A stretch of DNA of 64,000 nucleotides, taken from an uncultured Desulfobacterales bacterium (GTDB lineage Bacteria > Desulfobacterota > Dissulfuribacteria > Dissulfuribacterales > QOAL01). The notes beneath the pieces are model-generated. The model had not been told where the DNA came from. It did no database searches and saw nothing but the letters and a program-made list of their open reading frames with translations. Below, one piece after another: positions 19,924 through 30,110 of the stretch (within the stretch, counting starts at the first letter, position 1; the number at the start of each line of letters is the position of its first letter). The position numbers and the translations under genes were made by a program. The stretch is from assembly GCA_964573615.1 (NCBI GenBank), contig CAZNKD010000035.1, positions 6,394 to 70,393 on the forward strand. Direction: 5' to 3'.

Positions 19924-19939
19924 GCCAGGAGGGTCTCGT

Positions 19940-21235
19940 ATGGCACAGAGCCTGTATAAAAAGAGCAGGCTTCCAAACGGTATCAGGGTGGTCACGGAGA
20001 GGGTCCCGGCAAGCAGTGCGGTCTCTGTGGGTATATGGGTCAATGCAGGCTCCCGGGACGAGCCGGAAGAGCTTTCGGGCATAAGCCATTTCATCGAGCA
20101 CATGATCTTCAAGGGCACGGAGAATCGGACTGCCCTGGAGATCGCCAAGACCTTCGACAGGCTTGGGGGCTTCTCCAATGCCTTTACCTCCAAGGAGACC
20201 ACCTGCTTTCATGCCAAGGTCATGGAGAGCCACCTGGACACGGTGATGGATCTGCTGGCCGACATCTTCTTGAACTCCGTCTTCCATCCAGTGGAGGTGG
20301 AGCGGGAGCGCCAGGTGATCCTACAGGAGATCAGCATGGTGGAGGACTCGCCCGATGACCTCATCCATGAGCTGTTCAGCCGCCATTTCTGGCGCGGCAA
20401 TCAGGTGGAACGCTCCATACTGGGCACCCCTGAGACCGTCTCCACCATCAGGCCCGATACCCTCAAGCAGCACATGCGGGATTTCTATGTGGGAGACAGG
20501 GTCGTGGTCTCTGCAGCAGGTTGTGTGGACCATGACGAGTTCGTCAAAAGGGTGGAGGCGCTATTTTCAGAGGTCCCGGGCAGGATGAGTCCCAATGGCC
20601 GCCAGAGACCGAGGCCCCATTACGGGCTTAAAACCCACAGGAAGGAGCTCGAGCAGACCCATATGCTCCTTGGGATGCCTGGTCCAGAGGCAGGAAATCC
20701 GGAGCGATACAAATACCTGCTCATGAACGTGATACTGGGCGGCTCCATGAGTTCGAGGCTCTTTCAGGAGATCCGCGAGAAGTATGGCCTCGCCTATGCG
20801 GTCTACTCCTTCATATCGAGTTTCGAGGATGCCGGCATGCTGGGGATATATGCCGGTGTCGCCCCTGAGAACAGCGCCAAGGTCATGGAGCTTGCCATCA
20901 GGGAGATGGAGAAGCTGGCGGACAACTCCCTGGACGAGCAGGAGCTTGATCACGCCAAGGATCATGTGAAGGGGGGCTTGCTGCTCTCTTCGGAAAACAG
21001 CGACTCCCGCATGAGCAAGATCGCAAGGGATGAGCTCTATCTGGGCAGATTCGTCTCCTATGATGAGCTCGTTGAGAAGATCGATGCCGTAAGTCGGGAA
21101 GACATCAGGCAGTGTGCCCAGGAGTGTATCTCAAATGGCCTTGCAGCCGTGCTTCTCGGACAGGTAAGCCAGGAGCAGGAGCAGGCCTGCCGGCAGATAA
21201 TAGAGTCCAGAAAGGAAAAGGAAGACAAGGTTTGA
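19940..21235 (+). CDS. M16 family zinc peptidase (pitrilysin-like)
   Basis: 431 aa with the inverted zinc motif [11 protein letters not shown] (HxxEH). Confidence 0.85.
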   Translation: MAQSLYKKSRLPNGIRVVTERVPASSAVSVGIWVNAGSRDEPEELSGISHFIEHMIFKGTENRTALEIAKTFDRLGGFSNAFTSKETTCFHAKVMESHLDTVMDLLADIFLNSVFHPVEVERERQVILQEISMVEDSPDDLIHELFSRHFWRGNQVERSILGTPETVSTIRPDTLKQHMRDFYVGDRVVVSAAGCVDHDEFVKRVEALFSEVPGRMSPNGRQRPRPHYGLKTHRKELEQTHMLLGMPGPEAGNPERYKYLLMNVILGGSMSSRLFQEIREKYGLAYAVYSFISSFEDAGMLGIYAGVAPENSAKVMELAIREMEKLADNSLDEQELDHAKDHVKGGLLLSSENSDSRMSKIARDELYLGRFVSYDELVEKIDAVSREDIRQCAQECISNGLAAVLLGQVSQEQEQACRQIIESRKEKEDKV

Positions 21236-21690
21236 CCAGTAGAGACAGGGTCACTCTCCCAGTTGTCCGCCTGCCGCATTTTAGCGGTCTTTCACTTCCG
21301 GCCTATGCTACCTCCGGCTCTGCCGGAATGGATCTCCAGGCGGCCATAGAGGAGGGCCTCGAGCTTGCTCCGGGCCAGATCGCACTGATCCCAACCGGTC
21401 TGGCAGTGGCCATCCCGCCAGGCTATGAGATCCAGATACGGCCAAGGAGCGGCCTGGCCATCAAACATGGCATCACCGTGGTCAACGCGCCAGGGACCAT
21501 AGATTCAGACTATAGGGGTGAGATCAAGATAGGGCTCATAAATTTGGGCAGGGAGCCGTTCAGGATCGAGCGGGGCATGAGGATCGCCCAGATGATACTT
21601 GCCCCTGTGGCCCAGGCCATATTCCAGGAGTGTAAAGAGCTTCCAGATACCGAGAGAGGGGCGGGAGGTTTTGGCCACACGGGCACCTGA
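21232..21690 (+). CDS. dut: dUTP diphosphatase
   Basis: In-frame TTG 21232 overlaps the M16 stop (TTTGA) and gives 152 aa. Motifs [39 protein letters not shown]. The longer ORF from 21112 lies inside the M16 gene. Confidence 0.9.
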   Translation: MTSRDRVTLPVVRLPHFSGLSLPAYATSGSAGMDLQAAIEEGLELAPGQIALIPTGLAVAIPPGYEIQIRPRSGLAIKHGITVVNAPGTIDSDYRGEIKIGLINLGREPFRIERGMRIAQMILAPVAQAIFQECKELPDTERGAGGFGHTGT

Positions 21691-21740
21691 GGCGTCTGGC
21701 AGATGGCCTGGCTCTCCTTTCCAGGCGTCGGTTTGAGGCT

Positions 21741-22706
21741 TCAGTGGCCCAGGAGCCTGCCCAATACAAATCCGCCTACATATTTGATTGCCGTAAAGAG
21801 TACGCAGGCACAGAGGATCAGCTTTATTGCCTTGGCAGGCATGAACTTTTGCATCCTCGCCCCCAGATATGTCCCTGCTGTTCCTCCGATGCCGAACAAA
21901 AGGCCCAGCGTCCAGTCCGGGGCCACGGCCATTTCTGGATAGAACGGGGCCATGAGCTGGTAGAAGACGACTGCGGCAAGGGATGTTACAAATGTGCCCA
22001 TGAGGGCTGCTGCTGCAACGGAATAGACAGGCAGCCTGAAGAAGCTGACGAAGAAGGGCGCGATGATTGCGCCTCCGCCGATTCCGTACACCCCGCCTAT
22101 CAGCCCAACCACCAGACTCAGGGCGAATATGGCAGGGGCGCTGACAGAGAAGCCCTGTCCATAGAACTCATAGCTGATGCGATGGATCGAAAGGCTTTTT
22201 GTCCGTATGGGAGGCGTTTTTGCTTGCCCTCCGCCCCTGCGTCGCTCTTCCATGAGCCTTTTGAACCCCTCTTCGGCTTCCGTCTGCCTCTTCTTGCCCC
22301 TGTCCGTCCCGGCCCTTGTGAGATCCCTTGCAAGCCTCAGCCCGATATAGAGGAGCACCAGCCCCGCAAAGAACTTGAAGCTTGCCGGATCGGGCAGGAA
22401 TTCCACCCGGATCACAGCTCCTGCCAGGACCCCGGGCAGGGTGCCTGCCACAACCATCCAGGCAAGGGGCCAGACCATTCTGCCCTCCCTGATATACCTG
22501 AAAAGCCCTCCCGGAATGGCCACGATGTTGAATACGTGATTGGTGGCGCTCACCGATGGGCTTGTAAAGCCGAGCAGGCTCACCTGGAACGGAAGCAGCA
22601 GGAATGCACCTGAAACCCCTCCCATGGATGTAAAAAAGGATATGGTAAAGGCCACTGCCGGCGGGATCAGCGGATGGACCTCTATCCCTGCGGTTGGGAA
22701 ATACAC
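21741..22706 (-). CDS. TauE/SafE (DUF81) family anion exporter membrane protein
   Basis: 321 aa with a 4+4 TM layout and a basic central loop. Gly-rich helices (GLIGGVYGIGGGAII). Confidence 0.75.
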   Translation of the reverse strand: MYFPTAGIEVHPLIPPAVAFTISFFTSMGGVSGAFLLLPFQVSLLGFTSPSVSATNHVFNIVAIPGGLFRYIREGRMVWPLAWMVVAGTLPGVLAGAVIRVEFLPDPASFKFFAGLVLLYIGLRLARDLTRAGTDRGKKRQTEAEEGFKRLMEERRRGGGQAKTPPIRTKSLSIHRISYEFYGQGFSVSAPAIFALSLVVGLIGGVYGIGGGAIIAPFFVSFFRLPVYSVAAAALMGTFVTSLAAVVFYQLMAPFYPEMAVAPDWTLGLLFGIGGTAGTYLGARMQKFMPAKAIKLILCACVLFTAIKYVGGFVLGRLLGH

Positions 22707-22732
22707 TTCTACCTCCTTGCCCTGTTACCCTG

Positions 22733-23425
22733 TTACCTGGATCTTATCACATATGGGCAAGGATTTGGCTGGTCATCAGGATCTGTCCTGACCGGGCTGT
22801 AATCTGGCAGGGGCCCTCTTATCCTTGTGATGGCCTCCATCACCTTTTCCGGCTCTGCAGACGGAAAGAATATGGTCTTCTCCTCCTTCTGGGGTTGGGG
22901 CCTGTTGTCTTTCAGAAACCGTATCAGGTTCTGGACGCTCCCTTGGGGCTCTATGTAAGTGATCTCTATGCCTTTTCCCCTGAAGAAGGGGAGCCTGACC
23001 ACCTGTCTCCCGGATCCCTTTCGTGTGCCGGATTCATGAGGGGCGAGGCCGCCTTCATACTCCCTGATCCTGGCCGACCTGACATGGAACAGATCAATGA
23101 CGATGGGCTTGTCGCGGCCGTTTCCCCCTGGTACCACCAGTTTTCCCTTTTCGATCAGTATCGTGCATCTGAGCAGACAGAAGATGGCAATGGCCGGTAT
23201 GAGTGAGGCTGCTACTATAAAAGGGCCGGGAATGCCGAGCAGCAGGGCCTTGTAGAGGGCAGGAAGCATCGAGAGGGAAAAGGGCCTGTCTCCCCCTGAA
23301 AAGATCATGAAGACAGCTGCCGGACAGAGGGCTATCAGCCCCAGAAAGAGCGCAGTGCTCAGGCCTAGCCGGGCCAGCAAGGGGGCAAAAACCGTCTCTT
23401 TATAGCCATCTGTCTGTCTGGACAT
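22733..23425 (-). CDS. hypothetical membrane protein (N-terminal TM helices, soluble C-terminal domain)
   Basis: 230 aa with about three hydrophobic segments in the first 100 aa. I recognise no motif. Confidence 0.5.
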   Translation of the reverse strand: MSRQTDGYKETVFAPLLARLGLSTALFLGLIALCPAAVFMIFSGGDRPFSLSMLPALYKALLLGIPGPFIVAASLIPAIAIFCLLRCTILIEKGKLVVPGGNGRDKPIVIDLFHVRSARIREYEGGLAPHESGTRKGSGRQVVRLPFFRGKGIEITYIEPQGSVQNLIRFLKDNRPQPQKEEKTIFFPSAEPEKVMEAITRIRGPLPDYSPVRTDPDDQPNPCPYVIRSR

Positions 23426-23567
23426 GGTGTGAGACCACTGTCAAAAGTTCTCTTTTCTAAATATTTCGGCAGATTTTGTGCTTATGTTCAAAAAAGGGGG
23501 GGCGATTTCACCATTTTTGAGCAGAGGATTAAAAGTTTTCATCCATTGTGCTAAAGTTATATACGAT

Positions 23568-23595
23568 CTGGTGTTTCTGGCCTGGTGTTTCTGGC
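23568..23595 (+). repeat. perfect tandem duplication of a 14-mer (CTGGTGTTTCTGGC x2)
   Basis: Copies at 23568-23581 and 23582-23595 are identical. They sit immediately upstream of the RBS AGGGAGG of the PAS-STAS gene. Confidence 0.9.
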
Positions 23596-23618
23596 AGGAA
23601 AGACAGGGAGGTGCGGCA

Positions 23619-24506
23619 ATGGGCAGCAAGAAGAAAAAGAACAACATCAAGGAGTACCAGGGTGATGAGGGTTTCCTCTTCGAGATCATCAATGCCGTCC
23701 CTTCAGGCATATTCGTCACCGATCTCGACCATAACATCCTGATCATCAACAGGGCCGGGGCCGAGATGGTGGGCCGGACCCCGGGTGACTGCTTCGACCG
23801 GAAGTGCTACGAGATCTTCAACACCCCTATGTGCCGCACTGAGCAGTGTACCTGTAACATCGCGGTGAGCCAGGAGACGGTGAATCAGGGGCAGACCACC
23901 CTGAAGGTGGGTGACCAGGAGGTCCCCATCGAGTATGCAAGCCGCCCCTTGAGAAACCACGAGGGGAAGATAATAGGCTGCGTCGAGCACTTCATCGACA
24001 TCTCGGAGCGTTTGGAACAGGAGCGGCTCATCGTCAAGCAGCAGGAAGAGCTTCTCAGGAAGCAGGATGAGAACATCCGTCATCTTCAGGAGGAGATACT
24101 GGAGCTGTCCACCCCGGTCATCGAGATCTGGGATGGGGTCCTGGCACTTCCATTGGTGGGCACCCTGGATAGCCACAGGGCGCGAAGTGCCATGGAACGC
24201 CTGCTCGAGGCCATAGAGACCACACGTTCCCCCTTTGTGATAATCGACATCACAGGTGTGCCAAATGTGGATACGGCAGTGGCCAACCACCTGCTCCAGA
24301 CAGTGGATGCCGTGCGTCTGATGGGGTGCGAGGCGATACTCACAGGCATCTCTACCCGCATCGCCCTCACTATGGCCCACCTGGGTGTTGATCTCGGCTC
24401 CATCAACGTGCGAAGCCGGATGTCCGATGCCCTCCACTATGCCATTGGCAAGATCATAAAGAAGAATCGAGAGCTTGAGGCAAACAACAAGGATATACTG
24501 GAATAG
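23619..24506 (+). CDS. PAS domain (Cys-rich) plus coiled coil plus STAS domain protein (RsbR-like architecture)
   Basis: ATG 23619 is preceded by AGGGAGG. PAS region: IINAVPSGIFVTDLDHNILIINRAGAEMVGRT...IGCVEHFIDISE. STAS region: STPVIEIWDGVLALPLVGTLDSHRA...FVIIDITGVPNVDTAVANHLL. Confidence 0.8.
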   Translation: MGSKKKKNNIKEYQGDEGFLFEIINAVPSGIFVTDLDHNILIINRAGAEMVGRTPGDCFDRKCYEIFNTPMCRTEQCTCNIAVSQETVNQGQTTLKVGDQEVPIEYASRPLRNHEGKIIGCVEHFIDISERLEQERLIVKQQEELLRKQDENIRHLQEEILELSTPVIEIWDGVLALPLVGTLDSHRARSAMERLLEAIETTRSPFVIIDITGVPNVDTAVANHLLQTVDAVRLMGCEAILTGISTRIALTMAHLGVDLGSINVRSRMSDALHYAIGKIIKKNRELEANNKDILE

Positions 24507-24538
24507 GATTGGTTCTCGTCAGGAGTCTGGCCAGTTTC

Positions 24539-24580
24539 AAAAGGCGCCCCATTGTCACAAAAAAGGGCGCTTTTTCTTTA
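24539..24580 (+). terminator. candidate rho-independent terminator
   Basis: Stem AAAAGGCGCC/GGCGCTTTTT-type pairing (GCGCCC/GGGCGC core) with a 15-nt loop, followed by TTTTTCTTT. Confidence 0.45.
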
Positions 24581-24714
24581 TTTAATCGCTGAGTTCCATT
24601 ATAAAATAGGGAGGATGAACCGGGTAGGTTTCCTGGTTGTCTTCCGTGTCTTCATCCCCTGTTGGGGACTGTTTGAGATCCAAATAGAGGTTTTGGAGTA
24701 GAAGGGGTTTTGGA

Positions 24715-25110
24715 ATGAAGGTTTTCGATATCTATCAGGGTCCTGATGGTGAATATGCTGTTGTAAAGAGGGGATTTTCCTGGCCCGCCTTCTTTTTCGG
24801 GGTCTTCTGGGCGCTCTACAAAAGGATGTGGCTCGTGGCCCTTGCCCTCTTTGGCGTGGCCATCTTGTTTTCCATAGTGGATCAGGCGGTTGCAGAATCC
24901 AATCTCCTCCTGATGGCCGTTTCGATCTTCAGCATAGGATTCAGCATCTGGGTAGGTTTCAATGCCAACGACTGGGTGAGAAACCACTTGATCAAGCAGG
25001 GCTACCGGCATGTCGGCAGTGTGGAGGCTGGAAGCCCAAAGGCAGCAATCGATGCCTTTCAGGCCCAGGCCTCCCAGACAGGACCACCTCCTATTCAGCC
25101 AGGAGGATAA
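24715..25110 (+). CDS. DUF2628 family small membrane protein
   Basis: 131 aa with GFSWPAFFFGVFWALYKRMW, typical of DUF2628. Two TM segments. Confidence 0.7.
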   Translation: MKVFDIYQGPDGEYAVVKRGFSWPAFFFGVFWALYKRMWLVALALFGVAILFSIVDQAVAESNLLLMAVSIFSIGFSIWVGFNANDWVRNHLIKQGYRHVGSVEAGSPKAAIDAFQAQASQTGPPPIQPGG

Positions 25111-25158
25111 CGGTGGTGAGCCCTTCGGGTATTCAGGTAAGACGGCAAGAGGCGGAAC

Positions 25159-25605
25159 ATGGCTGAAAAGGGCGGCAGGAAAAAGGGTGTAGTCAGGTTT
25201 GGGGTCTCCATCCCCGAGGAGCTGATAACCGCATTCGACGAGTATATCAGGGCCAGGGCCTATCAGAATCGTTCAGAGGCCATAAGAGACCTGATACGGG
25301 AGAAGCTCATCGAAAAAGAGTGGGAGCAGGAGAGCATGGATCAGGAGGTGGTGGGGACCATCACCTATGTCTTCGATCACCACAAGCGGGAACTGGTGGA
25401 CTCCATCCTTCATATCCAGCACGAGTTCGCCGACTGTGTCATAGCCTCTCAGCATGTCCATCTGGACCATGACAACTGCCTGGAAGTTGCCATAGTGCGC
25501 GGAAAACCAAGCATCCTTCGTGGGGTGGCCTACAAGCTGAAGGCCCTGAAGGGCGTCAAACACTGCCGATTCACCATGACCACCACGGGTTCGTCACTCA
25601 AGTGA
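25159..25605 (+). CDS. nikR: nickel-responsive regulator NikR
   Basis: 148 aa. RHH N-terminus (RFGVSIPEELI...NRSEAIRDLIRE). All four E. coli high-affinity Ni ligands align (IQH, HVH, DNC-LE). Confidence 0.9.
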   Translation: MAEKGGRKKGVVRFGVSIPEELITAFDEYIRARAYQNRSEAIRDLIREKLIEKEWEQESMDQEVVGTITYVFDHHKRELVDSILHIQHEFADCVIASQHVHLDHDNCLEVAIVRGKPSILRGVAYKLKALKGVKHCRFTMTTTGSSLK

Positions 25606-25666
25606 CCTGCTCGCCTGCAGCCAAAACCCTAAGAGATTAAGAGATACAGAAAGGAAATCCTGAAAT

Positions 25667-28135
25667 ATGCCTGAACAGCAGGATCTGTTTGGAGAACGTA
25701 TAGAGACAAGAGACATCTCAGAGGAGCTGAAGCGCTCCTATCTGGACTATGCCATGAGCGTCATAGTGGGCAGGGCCCTGCCCGATGTGCGCGACGGGCT
25801 GAAACCCGTGCACAGGCGGATTCTGTATGCCATGCACGAGCTGAGGAACGACTACAACAAGCCCTACAAGAAATCGGCCCGTATCGTGGGTGATGTCATC
25901 GGTAAATACCATCCACACGGAGACGCTGCGGTCTATGACACCATCGTCCGCATGGCGCAGGACTTCTCCATGGGCTATCCCCTCATAGACGGCCAGGGAA
26001 ATTTCGGATCCATCGATGGCGACTCCCCCGCCGCCATGCGCTATACCGAGATCCGGCTCACCAAGCTGGCCCATGAGCTCATGGCAGACCTGGACAAGGA
26101 GACCGTGGATTTCGTGCCCAACTACGACAACTCCCTGCTGGAGCCCACGGTATTGCCCTCCAAGATCCCCAATCTGCTCATAAATGGCTCTTCAGGCATT
26201 GCGGTAGGCATGGCCACCAACATCCCGCCCCATAACCTGGGAGAGGTCGTCGATGGCCTCATCGCGCTGATAAGGAATCCCAACATAACCGTTGCCGAAC
26301 TCATGGAGCACGTGCAGGGGCCGGACTTTCCGACTGCCGGATACATCTGTGGAAGAAGCGGCATCAAGGCCGCCTATGAGACAGGCCGAGGCATCGTCAA
26401 GATGAGGGCCAGGGCCACGGTTGAGCAGATAAAGCGGGGAAACAAGGAGCAGATCATCGTCACGGAGATCCCATATCAGGTCAACAAGGCCAAGCTGGTG
26501 GAGCGCATCGCCATGCTGGTCAAGGACAAGAAGATAGAGGGCATCCAGACCATCCGGGATGAATCGGACCGCCGTGGCATGAGGATCGTGATAGAGCTGA
26601 AACGCGATGCCGTGGCCAAGGTGGTGCTGAACCACCTCTATAAGCATACGGCCATGGAGAGCTCCTTTGGCGTGATACTCCTTGCAATAGTCAATGGCAA
26701 ACCGGAGCTGCTGAATCTTAAGGAGCTTCTGGGCCACTTTCTCCAGCACAGAAAGAGCGTGGTCATAAGGCGCACCACCTATCTCCTCAGGAAGGCCGAG
26801 GAGCGGGCCCATATCCTGGAGGGGCTCAAGATCGCCATCGACAATCTGGACGAGGTGGTGGCCTTGATCCGTGGCTCCCGCACCCCCCAGGAGGCCAGGG
26901 CCGGGCTGGTTTCCAGGTTTGAACTGTCCGAGATACAGGCCCAGGCCATACTGGACATGAGGCTCCAGCGCCTGACAGGGCTCGAGCTCGAAAAGATCAT
27001 CGAGGAGTACAACAAGATCCTCAAGGATATCGCAGAATACAAGGACATCCTCGGCAGTGAGGAGAGGGTGCTCGGGATCATCGAAGAGGAGCTGGTCCAG
27101 ATCAAGGAGGAGTATGCCATCCCGAGACGCACCGAGATCATCGGCGAGCCCAAGGAGATCCGCATAGAGGACCTCATAAAGGAAGAGGACATGGTGGTCA
27201 CCCTCTCACACAGGGGCTATATCAAGAGGAATCCCCTGAGCCTTTATCGCAGCCAGCGCCGTGGCGGCAAGGGTGTCACCGGACTCTCATCCAAGCAGGA
27301 GGATTTCGTGGAGAGCCTGTTCGTGGCCTCCACCCATGACTATTTCCTCTGCCTGAGCAATCTGGGCCGCCTCTACTGGCTGAAGGTCCACGAGATACCA
27401 CAGGCCGGCAGGACCTCCAGGGGCAAGGCCCTGGTCAATCTGCTTCCCATAGACAAGGCCGCAAACGAGCACATAGCAGCGGTCATTCCGGTGCGCACCT
27501 TTGACGCAGACAAGTTCGTGGTCATGGCCTCGAGACACGGCGTGGTGAAGAAGACCTCCCTGGAGAACTTCTCGCGGCCAAAGGCCAAGGGGATCATTGC
27601 CGCCACTGTGAAGGAGGGGGACGAGCTGGTTACCGCTGCCCTCACGGATGGCAGTGCCACGATCTTCCTCGCCACCAGAAACGGCCACTGCATCAGGTTC
27701 CGGGAGGACGATGTGCGTCCGATGGGCCGTGTGGCGGCAGGGGTCAAGGGTATCACCCTGGCAGAGGGAGACGAGCTCGTTGCCATGGTGGTGATACATC
27801 CGAGGGATGAGGACAAGACCCTCCTTACCGTCACAGAAAACGGCTACGGAAAGCGGAGCGCCGTCAAGGACTACCGGGTCCAGTCCCGGGGCGGCAAGGG
27901 GATCATCAACATCAAGACCACCGCCAAGGTGGGCAAGGTGGTGGGTGTTGTGCTGGTGGACGACTATGACGAGATCATGCTGGTGGGGGCCGGAGGAAAC
28001 ATCATCAGGATGCGTGTGGGTGACATACGCATCACCGGCCGGGCCACCCAGGGGGTGAAGCTGATCCGGATCGAAGAGGGTGATCATGTGGCAGCGGTTG
28101 CGCGCCTCGACCTCAAGGAGGACAAGGAGGAGTGA
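25667..28135 (+). CDS. gyrA: DNA gyrase subunit A
   Basis: 822 aa with [12 protein letters not shown], the active-site AAMRYTE and C-terminal beta-pinwheel repeats. Confidence 0.97.
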   Translation: MPEQQDLFGERIETRDISEELKRSYLDYAMSVIVGRALPDVRDGLKPVHRRILYAMHELRNDYNKPYKKSARIVGDVIGKYHPHGDAAVYDTIVRMAQDFSMGYPLIDGQGNFGSIDGDSPAAMRYTEIRLTKLAHELMADLDKETVDFVPNYDNSLLEPTVLPSKIPNLLINGSSGIAVGMATNIPPHNLGEVVDGLIALIRNPNITVAELMEHVQGPDFPTAGYICGRSGIKAAYETGRGIVKMRARATVEQIKRGNKEQIIVTEIPYQVNKAKLVERIAMLVKDKKIEGIQTIRDESDRRGMRIVIELKRDAVAKVVLNHLYKHTAMESSFGVILLAIVNGKPELLNLKELLGHFLQHRKSVVIRRTTYLLRKAEERAHILEGLKIAIDNLDEVVALIRGSRTPQEARAGLVSRFELSEIQAQAILDMRLQRLTGLELEKIIEEYNKILKDIAEYKDILGSEERVLGIIEEELVQIKEEYAIPRRTEIIGEPKEIRIEDLIKEEDMVVTLSHRGYIKRNPLSLYRSQRRGGKGVTGLSSKQEDFVESLFVASTHDYFLCLSNLGRLYWLKVHEIPQAGRTSRGKALVNLLPIDKAANEHIAAVIPVRTFDADKFVVMASRHGVVKKTSLENFSRPKAKGIIAATVKEGDELVTAALTDGSATIFLATRNGHCIRFREDDVRPMGRVAAGVKGITLAEGDELVAMVVIHPRDEDKTLLTVTENGYGKRSAVKDYRVQSRGGKGIINIKTTAKVGKVVGVVLVDDYDEIMLVGAGGNIIRMRVGDIRITGRATQGVKLIRIEEGDHVAAVARLDLKEDKEE

Positions 28136-28171
28136 CGAGGCCCTCTTCGATGAGACGTGTCGGGAGTGTGA

Positions 28172-29209
28172 ATGGCAGAAGCTAGCGGGAAAAAGGCGTG
28201 CGTACTTGGTGCCGGAAGCTGGGGTACCGCCCTTGCAAGCCTGCTTGCGGCCAATGGCTTCAGGACCCTGCTCTGGGCCAGGCGGGAAGGACTTGCCTCT
28301 GCCATAAACCAGGGACATGAAAATCCGGACTATCTTCCGGGTTTTCGTCTCTCCGAGGAGATCCGTGCCACAACCAGCCTGGATGAAGCCCTCCTTGGGG
28401 CCGAGATAGTTGTGTTTGCCGTGCCTTCCCACGTCATGAGGGATACGGCGGCCCAGGTGAGACAACTGCTGGAGGGAAAGGCGGAACCCAAGGCCCTGGT
28501 ATCTGCGGCCAAGGGCATCGAAAACCGTACCCAGCTCACCATGACGGAGGTCCTGGCCCAGGAGATACCCGGTGCAGCAGGACGGGTATCGGTCCTTTCA
28601 GGGCCGAGCTTTGCAAAAGAGGTCATGGAGAGGCTGCCCACGGCCGTGACGGTGGCTGCCAGGGACCGGCAGGTCTGCAAGATCCTCCAGGATGCCTTCA
28701 GTACCGAATTTTTCCGGGTCTACAGCACCCTGGACGTGGTGGGGGTACAGCTTGGAGGGGCCACCAAGAATGTCATGGCCATTGCTGCGGGCATCTCCGA
28801 CGGGATGGGCTTTGGGACAAACACCAGGGCCGCCCTTATCACCAGGGGGCTTGCGGAGATGTCCAGACTTGGCACCCGCTTGGGGGCAAACCCCCTCACC
28901 TTTGCCGGCCTTGCCGGCCTTGGAGACCTGGTCCTCACCTGTACCGGAGACCTCAGCAGGAACAGGCAGGTGGGCCTGAGGCTTGGAAGGGGAGAGTCCA
29001 TCCAGGAGATCCTTGCCAGCATGACCCAGGTGGCCGAGGGGGTGAAGACATCCAAGTCCCTCTACAACTTGAGCCTCAAGGCTGGTGTTGAGATGCCTAT
29101 CACCGAACACGTCTTCCGGGTGATTCATCAGGGTATGTCTCCCAGGGATGCCGTCAGCTCCCTTCTCACCAGGCCCCAAAAGGAGGAGCTCTACGGGGTT
29201 GAGCTCTAA
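28172..29209 (+). CDS. gpsA: NAD(P)H-dependent glycerol-3-phosphate dehydrogenase
   Basis: 345 aa with VLGAGSWGTALA Rossmann motif, GGATKNVMAIAAG and LAGLGDLVLTCT. Confidence 0.93.
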   Translation: MAEASGKKACVLGAGSWGTALASLLAANGFRTLLWARREGLASAINQGHENPDYLPGFRLSEEIRATTSLDEALLGAEIVVFAVPSHVMRDTAAQVRQLLEGKAEPKALVSAAKGIENRTQLTMTEVLAQEIPGAAGRVSVLSGPSFAKEVMERLPTAVTVAARDRQVCKILQDAFSTEFFRVYSTLDVVGVQLGGATKNVMAIAAGISDGMGFGTNTRAALITRGLAEMSRLGTRLGANPLTFAGLAGLGDLVLTCTGDLSRNRQVGLRLGRGESIQEILASMTQVAEGVKTSKSLYNLSLKAGVEMPITEHVFRVIHQGMSPRDAVSSLLTRPQKEELYGVEL

Positions 29210-29310
29210 GGGGCACGTGCCCTGAGGCTGTTTTTTAAGCCAGGATCCATCTTCAAAAGGGCCATGCGGACCGGATCCTTGAACATGCATGGTTGTGTTG
29301 GCGACCGACA

Positions 29311-30057
29311 ATGGCGGACATCCAGGACAGATCCATCTACCGCTCTTTGATGAGAAGGAGCGGGCTCGTTGCCTTTCAGGTGAGACATCTGGAGACGGAT
29401 CTCTATGTCCAGGCCCCCAGAGATTTGAGCAGGCAGGTCTCATCTTGGGTGGTGGAGGCAAGAAGGGCCATAGAGGCCTATGGTGCGGCCCATCCCGGTT
29501 TTTTTGCTGCCAAGCACCCCTTGCCGGAAGATCCGCTGACGCACCAGGTGGTAAGATCCATGCTCCATGCAGCCGCCCTTTCAGGCGTTGGCCCCATGGC
29601 GGCAGTGGCAGGTGCCATCGCCCAGCTGGTGTGCGAGCGGATAGTAGAGCTCACCGGTGGCGAGAGTGTTGTGGAAAATGGCGGGGATGTCTCCATGTAT
29701 CTGAAATCGGAGATGGTCGCAGGTATCTGGGCAGGAAAGGCATCCCCATTTTCAGGACGGGTCGGGATCAGGCTAAGGCCCGCATCCGGGGCTGGAAGTT
29801 TCATGGCCATCTGCACCTCCTCGGGTACGATCGGGCACTCTTTGAGCCTTGGAAGGGCAGATGCAGCAGTAGCAGTAGCGGACGATGCCGCCTTGGCAGA
29901 TGCCGCCGCCACAGGGGCCGGCAATCTGGTGCGCTCAAGGAGCGACATCGCCCGGGGCCTTGATTACATGTCGGCCATCTCTGGCATAACAGGGGGCGTG
30001 ATCATCAAGGCAGACCAGATCGGGGCTATCGGGGAGATAGAGCTGGTGCCGCTCTGA
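29311..30057 (+). CDS. UPF0280 family (ApbE-like) protein
   Basis: ATG 29311 gives 248 aa. Sequence YR...FQVRHLETDLYVQA...VGPMAAVAGAIAQ is typical of UPF0280. Confidence 0.7.
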   Translation: MADIQDRSIYRSLMRRSGLVAFQVRHLETDLYVQAPRDLSRQVSSWVVEARRAIEAYGAAHPGFFAAKHPLPEDPLTHQVVRSMLHAAALSGVGPMAAVAGAIAQLVCERIVELTGGESVVENGGDVSMYLKSEMVAGIWAGKASPFSGRVGIRLRPASGAGSFMAICTSSGTIGHSLSLGRADAAVAVADDAALADAAATGAGNLVRSRSDIARGLDYMSAISGITGGVIIKADQIGAIGEIELVPL

Positions 30058-30110
30058 GCTCTTTTGCGCACCTTTTCACCAAAACCGCTCTGGCAAAAAG
30101 AGTTCGTTAA

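Noticed and set aside
23568-23600. Possible sigma54 (-24/-12) promoter within the TGGC-containing tandem repeat
   Set aside because: TGGC is present, but the spacing gives TTCT rather than TTGC at the -12 position, so the GG-N10-GC signature is not met.
27287-28465. 392-aa minus-strand ORF spanning the gyrA/gpsA junction
   Set aside because: It is antisense to two well-supported genes and has no motifs.
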